Origin: an uncultured Lutibacter sp.
Lineage (GTDB): Bacteria; Bacteroidota; Bacteroidia; Flavobacteriales; Flavobacteriaceae
Assembly: GCA_964412305.1 (NCBI GenBank)
Contig: CAYPNJ010000001.1
Coordinates: 1-55,267 of the forward strand
DNA: 55,267 bases
Direction of reading: 5' to 3'
This document shows, in pieces, positions 40,563-51,174 of this stretch. Made by a program: the position numbers and the translations under genes. The notes under the pieces are model-generated. The model was given only the letters and a program-made list of their open reading frames with translations. It was not told the origin of the DNA and ran no database searches. The first letter of the stretch is position 1; the number at the start of each line of letters is the position of its first letter.

Positions 40563-41274
40563 TTGGAATTACATAAAAGGTTTTGTGTTACTAAGTCTTG
40601 TAGCGTTTTTATATGGATTTTCATATCAGAAAAACAGTGTAAAAAAAGTACGAGAAATAGTGATTGAATTTGATGAGGGAAAGAACCTTTTTATGAATTA
40701 CCAAATAGTTAATAAATTGTTAATACAAAATAATGCAACAGTTAAAAACAAAGCAAAATCTGTTATAGATTTACATTTATTAGAGGCGAATGTACTGTCA
40801 CACCCCATGGTAGAAGATGCAGCTATTTTTTTAACGGTTGATGGTTTGTTGAAAGCTAAAATAAAACAGCGAACACCTATTGCAAGAGTTCTATCAAATA
40901 CAAAGAGTTATTACATTGATAAACAGGCGAAGATAATGCCTTTGTCAGAGAATTATTCAGCACGTGTGTTGTTGATTTTTGGAGATATTAAAGAAAATAA
41001 TATTGAAGAAATTCACTATTTGGTAACAACAATTTTGAAAGATGAATTCTTAAAAAAACAATTAATTAGTATTCAAAAAATGCCGAATAATGAGTTTGTT
41101 TTGAATACACGGATAGGTGGACAAAAAATATTTTTGGGAAAAACAACCAATTTGAATCAGAAATTCAAAAATCTGAAATCATTTTTTAGTAAAACGATGA
41201 CAGATAAAACAATTGAAAATTATAGCGCAATAAATTTAAAATACAACTACCAAGTTGTGTGTACAAAAAAGTAA
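40549..41274 (+). CDS. ftsQ: Cell division protein FtsQ/DivIB
   Basis: N-terminal TM, QRTPIARV, C-terminal INLKYNYQVVC; between murC and ftsA. Confidence 0.88.
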   Translation: MLKINWNYIKGFVLLSLVAFLYGFSYQKNSVKKVREIVIEFDEGKNLFMNYQIVNKLLIQNNATVKNKAKSVIDLHLLEANVLSHPMVEDAAIFLTVDGLLKAKIKQRTPIARVLSNTKSYYIDKQAKIMPLSENYSARVLLIFGDIKENNIEEIHYLVTTILKDEFLKKQLISIQKMPNNEFVLNTRIGGQKIFLGKTTNLNQKFKNLKSFFSKTMTDKTIENYSAINLKYNYQVVCTKK

Positions 41275-41277
41275 ATT

Positions 41278-42591
41278 ATGGAACACAATGATATTTCAGT
41301 AGGGCTAGATATAGGAACAACAAAAATTGTTGCTATGATTGGACGTAGAAATGAATACGGAAAAATTGAGTTGCTTGGTACGGGTAAAGCCAAAAGTTTA
41401 GGAGTACACCGTGGTGTAGTAAATAATATAACGCAAACAATACAGTCCATTCAAATGGCTGTTGATGAGGCAATTGCTGTTTCAGGAATAAAAATAACAG
41501 AGGCTGTTGTTGGTATTGCGGGTCAGCATATTAGAAGTTTACAACATAGCGATTATATAACACGTCCAAATTCTGAAGAAGTAATAAATGATGATGATTT
41601 AGAAAAGCTTGAAAAGCAAGTTTATAAATTAGTAATGCTTCCAGGAGAAGAAATTATTCACGTGCTTCCGCAGGAATTTAAAGTTGATGGACAAGCAGAA
41701 ATTTGTGAACCAGTTGGAATGTACGGAGGGAGATTAGAAGCGAATTTTCATGTAGTTGTTGGGCAAGTTTCATCTATAAGAAATATTGGACGTTGTATTA
41801 AAAGTGCAGGATTAGATTTAGCAGGAATTACATTAGAGCCATTAGCATCAGCAGAAGCAGTGTTAAGCACTGAAGAAAAAGAAGCAGGTGTTGCCTTAAT
41901 TGATATAGGAGGTGGAACAACAGATTTAGCCATTTTTAAAAATGGAATTATTCGCCATACAGCTGTGGTGCCTTTTGGAGGGAATGTAATTACTGAAGAT
42001 ATAAAAGAAGGGTGTTCCATTATTGAAAAGCAAGCTGAGTTATTAAAAACAAAATTTGGATCGGCTTGGCCAGGAGAAAATAAAGAAAATGAAATTGTTT
42101 CAATACCAGGTTTACGAGGTAGGGACCCTAAAGAAATTACATTAAAAAACTTATCTAAAATAATTCATGCACGTGTTGTAGAAATTATTGAACAAGTATT
42201 TTTAGAAATAAAAAATTACGGCCACGAAGAACCAAAGAAAAAGTTAATAGCAGGTATTGTTTTAACAGGCGGAGGTGCACAATTAAAACACATAAAACAA
42301 TTAGTAGAGTACATTACAGGAATGGATACAAGAATTGGATACCCAAACGAAAATTTAGCGGGTGATTCAGATGAAAATTTATCAAGTCCACAATACGCAA
42401 CAGCAGTTGGGCTTTTGATGAACGGTTTAAACAAAATTGATAAAGAAAAAGTTAAAGTATCTCAGCAAGATAATGATGATTCTTCAGAAAATGAAGAGGG
42501 AGATACAGATGTAATAGTAGCAGAACCTAAAAAATCCATTTTTGATAAATGGGGAGATAAGTTTAGAGACTTTTTAGACAATGCAGAATAA
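41278..42591 (+). CDS. ftsA: Cell division protein FtsA
   Basis: GLDIGTTK, DIGGGTTD, VLTGGG, YATAVGL. Confidence 0.97.
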   Translation: MEHNDISVGLDIGTTKIVAMIGRRNEYGKIELLGTGKAKSLGVHRGVVNNITQTIQSIQMAVDEAIAVSGIKITEAVVGIAGQHIRSLQHSDYITRPNSEEVINDDDLEKLEKQVYKLVMLPGEEIIHVLPQEFKVDGQAEICEPVGMYGGRLEANFHVVVGQVSSIRNIGRCIKSAGLDLAGITLEPLASAEAVLSTEEKEAGVALIDIGGGTTDLAIFKNGIIRHTAVVPFGGNVITEDIKEGCSIIEKQAELLKTKFGSAWPGENKENEIVSIPGLRGRDPKEITLKNLSKIIHARVVEIIEQVFLEIKNYGHEEPKKKLIAGIVLTGGGAQLKHIKQLVEYITGMDTRIGYPNENLAGDSDENLSSPQYATAVGLLMNGLNKIDKEKVKVSQQDNDDSSENEEGDTDVIVAEPKKSIFDKWGDKFRDFLDNAE

Positions 42592-42627
42592 AAATAATTT
42601 AAGAAAAAGACCAATACAAACATAATT

Positions 42628-44529
42628 ATGAGCAATTCAGATTTTAACAACATTTCATTTGATTTACCTAAAAATCAGTCTAACGTAATAAAAGTTATAG
42701 GAGTTGGTGGCGGTGGTAGTAATGCCGTAAACCATATGTATTCTCAAGGAATTAATGGAGTGGATTTTGTTATTTGTAATACCGATGCTCAGGCTTTACA
42801 AAACAGTTCAGTTCCAACAAAAATTCAATTAGGAGTTTCTTTAACAGAAGGATTAGGTGCAGGGGCAAATCCAGAAGTTGGAGAACAAGCTGCTGTAGAA
42901 AGTATACAAGAAATTAAAGAGATGCTTTCTTCTAAATCAAAAATGGTCTTTATTACTGTAGGAATGGGTGGCGGAACGGGAACAGGAGCAGCCCCAATAA
43001 TTGCTAAAGTTGCTCGAGAATTAGATTTGTTAACTATTGGTATTGTAACAACACCTTTTTCTTTTGAAGGTAAAATGCGTAATGAGCAAGCTCAGAAAGG
43101 AATTGAAAAATTACGTGAACATGTTGATTCTTTGGTTGTAATTAATAATAATAAATTAAGAGAAGTATATGGAAATTTAGGATTTAAAGCTGGATTCTCT
43201 AAAGCCGACGAAGTATTATCAACAGCTTCTCGAGGTATTGCTGAAGTAATTACCCATCACTATACTCAAAATATAGATTTAAAAGATGCTAAAACAGTAC
43301 TCTCAAATAGTGGAACAGCCATTATGGGGTCCGCTAGTGCATCAGGTATGCAAAGGTCTGAAGAAGCAATTTCTAAGGCGTTAGATTCACCTTTATTGAA
43401 TGATAATAAAATTACTGGAGCTAAAAATGTACTATTGTTAATTGTTTCAGGAGTAGAGGAAATCACTATTGATGAAATAGGGGAGATAAACGATTATATT
43501 CAAGCTGAAGCTAAATCTGATGTGAACATTATTATGGGTGTTGGAGAAGATGATTCACTAGGAGATGCTATTTCAGTTACTGTAATTGCAACAGGTTTCA
43601 ATAAAGATCAACAACATGAGATTTCTAATACTGAAGCGAAAAAAATAATTCATACACTTGGAGATGAACAAGAAGCAACCTATGATTTTTCTGATAATAA
43701 AACAGATAATTTTTTGGGAAATAATGCTATTGAGGTAAAACCTAAAGTTGAAGACAAAATTGTATATGATTTAGGTGAAGAAATTGAAGACAAAATTGAA
43801 CTAATTCCCACAACTGAATTTATTAAGAATATTGATGTTGTTTACGAAGAAATTTCTCGAGATACGGTTGAAGATTTTGTAATAACTTCTATGGCTACTG
43901 CTGAATCAATAGAAGAGCCTATGCAAATAGAGGAAGAAAATCAAATTTCTTTAACTTTTGATTTGCCAATTTCAGAAGCGAAAAAAACACCTAATGTTGA
44001 AGAAGCAAAGATACATATTAACAATATCGAAGTTGTAGACCATCAAGTTGTAAAGCCTGTAAAAGAAGTTGAAGAGGATGTATATTTTTCTTTAGAAGAT
44101 TATACAACATTAGAAGATAATTTAATCAATGCTTCTAAACCAATAGCATTACTTGAAGAAGCTAGTGAGGATTTAAACTTTACACTAAGGTCAGAAGTAA
44201 AGGAAGAACCTAAATTAAGTATAGAGAATTACGAAGTTATAGACCATAAAGAAATTTCACCATTAGATTTAACGATTGAAGAGTTGCAACAAAGAGCTGC
44301 TCATAGACGTGAAAAAATGAAAAATTTCAATTATAAATTTGTAAACAAAGTAAATAAAAACATTGACGAAATTGAAAAACAGCCAGCCTATAAAAGAATG
44401 GGAGTTGAGCTTGATGAAACCTCGCATTCATCTGAAGTTAGCCAGTCAAGAACAACACTTGAGGTTGATGATAATGATGATATTCAATTTCGTTCTAACA
44501 ACTCTTTTCTGCATGATAATGTAGATTAA
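42628..44529 (+). CDS. ftsZ: Cell division protein FtsZ with long acidic linker
   Basis: GVGGGGSNA, NTDAQAL, GGGTGTG, C-terminal PAYKR..NNSFLHDNVD. Confidence 0.97.
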   Translation: MSNSDFNNISFDLPKNQSNVIKVIGVGGGGSNAVNHMYSQGINGVDFVICNTDAQALQNSSVPTKIQLGVSLTEGLGAGANPEVGEQAAVESIQEIKEMLSSKSKMVFITVGMGGGTGTGAAPIIAKVARELDLLTIGIVTTPFSFEGKMRNEQAQKGIEKLREHVDSLVVINNNKLREVYGNLGFKAGFSKADEVLSTASRGIAEVITHHYTQNIDLKDAKTVLSNSGTAIMGSASASGMQRSEEAISKALDSPLLNDNKITGAKNVLLLIVSGVEEITIDEIGEINDYIQAEAKSDVNIIMGVGEDDSLGDAISVTVIATGFNKDQQHEISNTEAKKIIHTLGDEQEATYDFSDNKTDNFLGNNAIEVKPKVEDKIVYDLGEEIEDKIELIPTTEFIKNIDVVYEEISRDTVEDFVITSMATAESIEEPMQIEEENQISLTFDLPISEAKKTPNVEEAKIHINNIEVVDHQVVKPVKEVEEDVYFSLEDYTTLEDNLINASKPIALLEEASEDLNFTLRSEVKEEPKLSIENYEVIDHKEISPLDLTIEELQQRAAHRREKMKNFNYKFVNKVNKNIDEIEKQPAYKRMGVELDETSHSSEVSQSRTTLEVDDNDDIQFRSNNSFLHDNVD

Positions 44530-44576
44530 AATTTTGCCCAAAGACGAGTACCCTTAGACAAGTTTTCTAAGTTTTG

Positions 44577-44625
44577 ACTCGAAAATCTTCCTTTAATTAT
44601 GGAGATTTTCGAGTTCTTTTTTTTT
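44577..44625 (+). terminator. Intrinsic terminator of the dcw operon
   Basis: ACTCGAAAATCT/AGATTTTCGAGT 12-bp stem followed by a long T tract. Confidence 0.85.
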
Positions 44626-44652
44626 ATCTTCGCAAAACTAAAATATTTGAAT

Positions 44653-45102
44653 ATGAGTTTACAACAAGAATTAATGGTTAAAATGAAAGAGGCAATGAAG
44701 TTGAAAGACACAGTTGCATTAGAATCTTTAAGAGCGATAAAATCTGAAATATTATTAGCTCAAACAAAAGGAGGTGCTTCTAGTGAAATAACCAAAGAAG
44801 ATGAGATTAAATTACTTCAAAAGTTAGTAAAACAACGTAAGGATAGCGCATCAATTTATAAAGAGCAAGGCCGTGAAGATTTGGCAGCACCTGAATTAGC
44901 ACAAGTTGAAATAATTGCTCAATTTTTACCAGAACAAATGAGTGAAGAAGCATTGAAAAAAGTTATTGCTGAAATCATGGAGAAAGTTGGAGCAGTTTCA
45001 ATGAAAGATATGGGGAAAGTTATGGGAATGGCTTCAAAACAATTAGCGGGTAAAGCTGATGGAAAGGCAATATCTACCATGGTAAAACAACTTTTAGAAT
45101 AA
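44653..45102 (+). CDS. yqeY: GatB/YqeY domain protein
   Basis: MKEAMK, LRAIKS, KQRKDS, GREDLA, FLPEQMS, KDMGKVMG; start at ATG 44653. Confidence 0.92.
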   Translation: MSLQQELMVKMKEAMKLKDTVALESLRAIKSEILLAQTKGGASSEITKEDEIKLLQKLVKQRKDSASIYKEQGREDLAAPELAQVEIIAQFLPEQMSEEALKKVIAEIMEKVGAVSMKDMGKVMGMASKQLAGKADGKAISTMVKQLLE

Positions 45103-45112
45103 TATTTAATTT

Positions 45113-45186
45113 GGCCTCGTGGCGCAACTGAATAGCGCACTGGATTTCGGCTCCAGCGGTTGCAGGTTTGAATCCTGCCGGGGTCA
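45113..45186 (+). tRNA. tRNA-Arg, anticodon TCG; CCA not encoded
   Basis: Cloverleaf: GGCCTCG/CGGGGTC acceptor, GCGC/GCGC D stem, CTGGA-TTTCGGC-TCCAG anticodon arm, GCAGG-TTTGAAT-CCTGC T arm. Confidence 0.93.
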
Positions 45187-45503
45187 CAATCATTAAAATA
45201 AGATAAAGGTGGGGTTAATTAAAAGCACTGAGGACTTTACCCTTATTAAATTTTTAATAATAGAGAGTTTAAAGTAGCGGTTTGAATTTTTTTATTTTCT
45301 AAACCAAATTTATTTGGGAATATCAAACCTGTTAGCATCCTTTTTTGTTCAACATTACTATCAATATGCTGATTGTAAATACTTTGAATACTTGAAAGCT
45401 CAGATTTATAAGTTTCAAAAAAATCTTTATACTTTCGTTCTAATTCATTTAATTAATAAAACAAGGAGTTAGAATATATTACTTTATAAACTTTAAAATA
45501 AGT

Positions 45504-47387
45504 TTATTTATAATCAATTTCTTGGCTAAGGTTTTTAATTATTTGTTGATAATTAGAGTTGTTAGGTGCAACGTCAATAAGTTTTAGGCAAGTTTGATAA
45601 GCATCATTAGAAAGCTTCAAATTTAATTGTGCAATTAATTTCACGTACAATAACTTTTCCAAATTTGAAAAGATTTTTATGGCATCATTAATTACCGTTA
45701 TAGACTCTTTATTGTTGCCTTCTTTTTGTAGAATTAATGCATAATTATAAAAGGCGGTTAAATTTACAGGCTCTTTTTCACATGCAGCATCTAAATATTT
45801 AAGTGCTTTTTTAGTATTTCCTGTTTCATTATATAATAAGCCTAACATATAATATGACGGTCCAAATTCGGGTTCTTGTTCAATAACTTTTAAATAGAGT
45901 TTCTCACATTCCTTAATACTGCCTTGTTGGTAATATAAAAACGCTAAATTCATACGAGACATATTGTAATAATTATCTATTTCAAGCGCTTTTTTATAAG
46001 CTTTAATTTCTTCAATAGTATCACCTTTTGTTTGGTTATAAAGTGCAATTTGGTGTTGTCCAGAGGCAAAATCTGAATTCATATCCAATGCTTCTAAATA
46101 TTCTTTATGTGCTTTATCAAAATTAGTAGTTAAGCTCATATCTTGTCCATTCATAATAAAATACCGAGCTGCAGTAATTCGTACACTTCTAATAGGGTCA
46201 TTTAGAAGTGGAGCAATATTTTTTGAATAATTAGTACCTCCTAATTTTTCTATGGAAGTAATCACTTCGCTTCTAACTAATGCTGATGAATCTTTTAAAT
46301 AAGTAACAAGTTTTTCTACATCATTTTTTGAAGTGATTTGATATTGGTTTATAGCCGTAGCTCTAGCAATATTTGGATAGTTTTTATTTGTAAATACTTC
46401 CTTAAATCCAATATTATCTTCAAAATAACCTTTTAATAAATGGTTAGAAAAATGGTCGGTACGTTCAGTACCATAATTTTCTTTTACAAATTCACTGGCC
46501 CATTTGGCGCTTTTATCTTTGTGGCATGTATTACATGCGTTTGGTACATTGTACTTTACAGTTTGGTCTGGGCGCGGTACTCTAAAGCTATGATCTCTTC
46601 TAAAATCGTTCCCCATATATAATTTTCCAGGCATATGGCAATTAATACACTGAGCTCCTTCAGAATTATTTTTATGAAAATGATGAGAAGCTGTATTGTA
46701 TTCTGGAACATGACAAGTTAAACAAAGGTTGTTGCCTTTCTTTTTTAACTTCAAAGAATGTACATCATGACAATCTTTACAAGAAATACCATTATGATAC
46801 ATTTTACTTTGAATAAAGGAGCCGTAAACGTAATCTTCATCTTTAATTTGTCCATCTAATTCGTAAATAGGATCAACTAATAAACTTGGACTGTAATGAT
46901 CTAAAAATTCACCTTCATAATTAAACTTTTTTGTGAATTGTGATCTTCTAGAATGACACCTAGCACATTTATCTACCACTTATTTTGAAGTCATAAAGTT
47001 TGGCATGTCCATTTTTGGTGGTTTTTCTCCCTCAATTTTAGCTTCGTAAAAATTAACATGAGAACTTAAAGGTCCATGGCAGGCTTCACAACTAACATTT
47101 ATTTCGCTGTATGAAGTGGAATACACTTCAGTTTTGCTGTCATAATTTTTTTCAAGATTTGTTGAATGACAATCGGCACACATCGTATTCCATTTCATAG
47201 AAGCACCAGTCCAATGTAACCATTCATTATGTTTTATATCTAAATTTGGTTGTAAGTAAAACCACTTATTTTCTTTAGAATCCCAAGCGGTTAATAAGCA
47301 TTGGTATTCTCCATTTGGAAATTTAATAATATATTGTTGCAATGGTGTAAAACCAAAAGTATACACTATTTTATAATCATGGTACTT
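45504..47387 (-). pseudogene. Multiheme c-type cytochrome-HEAT-TPR protein, 5'-truncated with an in-frame stop
   Basis: Two in-frame ORFs separated by one TAA (46980-46982); seven CxxCH motifs (CADCH, CEACH, CARCH, CKDCH, CLTCH, CINCH, CNTCH); C-terminal TPRs; no start codon or signal peptide. Confidence 0.85.
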
Positions 47388-47389
47388 TA

Positions 47390-47949
47390 CCTCAAGTAAT
47401 TACAGGTATGTGGTTAACAGGAAATGACCATGTTAGAATATCAAATGTTGAAGGTACTGTTCTAGATAAATTTGGTAGAGGAAGTGATGTAAGTGGGAAT
47501 ACAGACCATACTAATCCTTGGAGTTACGAGAACGCAGTTGCAAAGCGTAATAATGGAAGTACCCAAAATAATGGAACTTTTAGTGAGAGTAATTGGACTT
47601 TTATGTCAACTCCTTGGAGTGATGCTACAACTACTTGTGCTAATATGGCTACAGATGTTGCTTTTGGTACTTACTCTACAGTAGTATTATCAGTAGGTAA
47701 AAATGAGATTTCACAATTCAACGTGTATCCAAATCCAATTGCAAGCTGAAACTTTAGCATAAGTTCTGGTGGTTTGGGGAATGCTCAAAAATCAGTTGAA
47801 ATATACAATATGTTTGGAGGACAAGTATACGTTAATAAAACGGTATTTAACAACCAACTTATAAATGTTGCTAATTTAAACAAGGTATTCATATACTTAA
47901 AGTTGAAGAAGAGGGAAAAACGGTTACTAGAAAGTTAATAATAGAATAA
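47390..47949 (+). pseudogene. 3' remnant of a T9SS-secreted protein (lamin-tail-like domain plus type A C-terminal sorting domain)
   Basis: LSV..FNVYPNP, TGA at 47747, then VEIYNMFG, frameshift near 47883, then GIHILKV..TRKLIIE*. Confidence 0.8.
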
Positions 47950-47964
47950 ATAATGTAATTTGTG

Positions 47965-48280
47965 AGTTTATAAAGAAATGAATGTTATTGGTCAAAAAAT
48001 AAAATTACATTTTGAGTTTGTAGACAATGGGCTTACAAGTTTTGGTGAGAATTTAGAAAGGTTTGAAATTGCTGGAGAAGACAAAGTGTTTTATGTAGCA
48101 ACTGCAAAAATCCAAAAAAATAAAACAATAACTATTTGGGCTAGTGAAGTTAAAGTTCCTGTTCGTTATGCATTTAAAAATTGTGTAAAAGGAACGCTAT
48201 TTAATACAGAAGGGTTACCAGCCTACTCATTTAGAACAGATAATTGGAAAATGAACCCCCTAAAAACTAAAAATGAATAA
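47965..48280 (+). pseudogene. C-terminal fragment of a sialate O-acetylesterase-like protein
   Basis: FEIAGEDKVF..A, VRYAFKN, LFNTEGLPAYSFRTDNW; the catalytic domain is absent. Confidence 0.75.
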
Positions 48281-48376
48281 ATACTTAAGCTAATTGACTC
48301 AGATAGTTTTCTGAGAATTATAAATAACAAGATAAGTTTTAGTCGTTTAGATACTTAATCCTAATAAAACTATTTA

Positions 48377-49597
48377 ATAAAAAAACTCATCTTATTAGGT
48401 GTTTTTATGGGAGTAATTTCTTGTAGAAATCATAGTAAAATAAATAATAACATTAATTCATCCCTAAAGAAGGCACAATTATTAATGAGTAATCAAGAAA
48501 ATATTATTTCAACTAATTTAACGGTAAAAGATACTTTAAATAAGAAAATTGAAGTTCATCCATTTGGAAATATAGATTCTAAACAGGTATTTTTATATAC
48601 ACTTGAAAATTCTAATGGAATAAGCTTAAAGGTAACTAATTATGGAGGTATTATCACTTCTTTATTGGTTCCAGATAAGAATGGACTTAAAGAAAATGTT
48701 GTTTTAGGTTTTGATACTTTAGATGAATATATAAAGTACCCAGGTTATTTTGGAGCAATTGTAGGGCGCTTTTGTAATAGAGTTGCAAAAGGAAAGTTTA
48801 CTTTAGGTAGTAAAGAATATCAATTGTCAACAAATGAAAATGAGAATCATATACATGGAGGTATAAATGGGTTTAATAAAGTAATTTGGGATGTTAAACA
48901 AATTGAAGGAGCTGATTTTGTTGGTATAGAGTTATCATATTTAAGTAAAGATATGGATGAAGGGTATCCAGGTAATTTAAAAGTAACAGTAACATACAAG
49001 CTAACTGAACTTAATGAGTTAAAAGTTGAGTACATTGCTACCACAGATAAAGAGACAATAGTAAACTTGACTCAACATTCTTATTTTAACCTATCAGGAA
49101 ATATAAAAGAAACGGTATTAAATCATTATTTAAAAATAAATGCAACTAGTTTTCTTCCTGTAAATTCAAATTTAATTCCAAAAGGAAATTTTAAATCTGT
49201 AAAAAATACTCCTTTTGATTTTTCTGAGTTTACTAAAATTGGAGAAAGAATTAATAAAGAAAATACACAACTACAATTAGCTTCAGGGTACGATCATACG
49301 TTTGTACTTGATAAAGAAAAAGACAATTTAGCAGCAATTGTTTTTGATGAAGAAAGTGGTAGACAAATGGAAGTGTATACAACTAAACCAGGAGTTCAAT
49401 TATATACTGGAAACTTTTTAAGTAGAGCAGCTAAAAATAATAACAATACAATTTATAAAAATAATGAAGGATTTTGTTTAGAAACGCAATTTTTTCCAAA
49501 TTCACCAAACGAACCTTCGTTTCCGTCAGCAACTTTATTGCCTAATAAAGTGTATAAGCAATCAACTACATTTAAATTTTCAATAAAAACCAATTAA
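48377..49597 (+). CDS. galM: Aldose 1-epimerase (mutarotase) lipoprotein; probable original start now ATA at 48377, first ATG at 48407
   Basis: YFGAIVGRFCNR, HIHGG, GYPGNL, NLTQHSYFNL, GYDH, QLYTGNFL, FCLETQ; signal (I)KKLILLGVFMGVISC. Confidence 0.88.
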   Translation: MKKLILLGVFMGVISCRNHSKINNNINSSLKKAQLLMSNQENIISTNLTVKDTLNKKIEVHPFGNIDSKQVFLYTLENSNGISLKVTNYGGIITSLLVPDKNGLKENVVLGFDTLDEYIKYPGYFGAIVGRFCNRVAKGKFTLGSKEYQLSTNENENHIHGGINGFNKVIWDVKQIEGADFVGIELSYLSKDMDEGYPGNLKVTVTYKLTELNELKVEYIATTDKETIVNLTQHSYFNLSGNIKETVLNHYLKINATSFLPVNSNLIPKGNFKSVKNTPFDFSEFTKIGERINKENTQLQLASGYDHTFVLDKEKDNLAAIVFDEESGRQMEVYTTKPGVQLYTGNFLSRAAKNNNNTIYKNNEGFCLETQFFPNSPNEPSFPSATLLPNKVYKQSTTFKFSIKTN

Positions 49598-51136
49598 ATG
49601 AAAAAACTAATCTTATTAAGTGTTTTTGTAGGTTTAATTTCCTGTAAAAATGAAGAACAAAAAAGTCAGATTTCAAATAATTCTGAAGATCAAAAAAACC
49701 AAATATTGTTGTAATTTATGTAGACGATTTAGGATATGGTGATGTTGGATTTAACGGAGCTACTGAAATAAAAGCGCCAAATTTAGATAAATTAGCTAAT
49801 GAAGGAGTACGTTTTAGCAATGGTTATGCAACTTCTGCAACCTGTACGCCAAGTAGATATGCTTTACTTACCGGTACATATCCTTGGAGAGAAAAGAAAG
49901 CTAAAATTTTACCAGGAACTGCGCCTTTAATTATTAGCACAGCGCAAATGACAATACCAAAAATGCTAAAAGAAAAAGGTTATTATACAGGGATTGTTGG
50001 GAAATGGCACTTAGGTTTAGGAAGCGGAAATATGAATTGGAATGAAAGAGTAAGTCCTGGTCTAAATGAAGTTGGTTTTGATTGTTCGTACATAATGGCT
50101 GCTACGCAAGACCGAGTTCCAACTGTTTATATTGTAAATGGAGATGTAGTAGGCTTAGATCCAAACGACCCTATTGAAGTTAATTACAGAAAGAATTTTG
50201 AAGGAGAACCTACAGGTAAAAAATCCAGAATTATTGAAATTAAAGTGGCATCACGGGCATAATAGTAGGGATACCACGTATTGGTTATATGAAAGGTGGT
50301 AAAGCTGCACTTTGGACAGATGAAGATATGGAAGACACCTTTTTAAAAGAAGCTCAAGATTATGTTGTAAAACATAAAAACGAACCTTTTTTCTTGTATT
50401 ACGCTATGCAACAGTCACATGTGCCACGTATACCACATGAACGTTTTGTTTGAAAATCTGGTTTAGGTCCAAGAGGTGATGTTATTATGGAAGCAGATTG
50501 GTGTATTGGGGAATTTGTAAATACCCTTGAAAAAGAAGGATTGTTAGAAAATACACGTATTATATTTACAAGTGATAATGGCCCAGTATTAAACGATGGA
50601 TATTATGATGATGCAGTTGAAAAAATAGGAAATCATACACCTACAGGGCCTTTTAGAGGTGGTAAATATAGTTTGTTTGAAGCAGGAACATATGTGCCGT
50701 TTTTCACTTATTGGAAAGGGAAAATTACTCCTTCTACATCAAATGCATTAGTATCTCAAGTAGATTTATTGTCTTCATTAGCTAAACTTGTTAAAAGTGA
50801 TGTTCGTGTAAAGGACAGCGAAGAATTGTTAGATGTATTTTTAGGAACAAATAGTGTAGGAAGAAAAAACTTAATATTAGAAGCAACTACTAGAACTGCC
50901 TTTAGAGAAGGTGATTGGGTGATGATACCCCATATAAAGGGAGAAAAATAGTTATATCTGTAAATATTGAAACAGCTAATTCTAAAGAATTTCAACTATA
51001 TAACTTAAAAGAAGACATTGGTCAACAAAATAATTTAGCTGAAACTAATAAAGAAAAATTACAAGAAATGATTGTTTCTTTTGAAAGTATTAGAGGTAAA
51101 GACTATAATAATACAGCTAAATTACAACTGAAATAA
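49598..51136 (+). pseudogene. Arylsulfatase (Cys-type, lipoprotein) pseudogene
   Basis: MKKLILLSVFVGLISC signal; frameshift in the A7 run 49692-49698 before PNIVVIYVDDLGYGD; CTPSR and GKWHLG; lesions near 50220 and 50268; TGA at 50451; FTSDNG, RGGK; frameshift near 50930. Confidence 0.9.
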
Positions 51137-51174
51137 ATTTCATATTTTTACAAAATATTAGACTCAATACTAGC

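Noticed and set aside
32877-41274. Absence of murF and ddl from the dcw cluster
   Set aside because: This is the normal arrangement in Bacteroidota.
45187-45503. Integrase or att site after the tRNA
   Set aside because: No integrase ORF and no second copy of the tRNA 3' end found by eye.
49692-49698. Phase variation at the sulfatase A7 tract
   Set aside because: Several additional downstream lesions mean slippage could not restore the protein.
46980-50453. Programmed read-through or selenocysteine at in-frame stops (TAA 46980-46982, TGA 47747, TGA 50451)
   Set aside because: Each is one base from a plausible Glu or Gly codon, and the same genes carry further frameshifts or truncations; ordinary decay.
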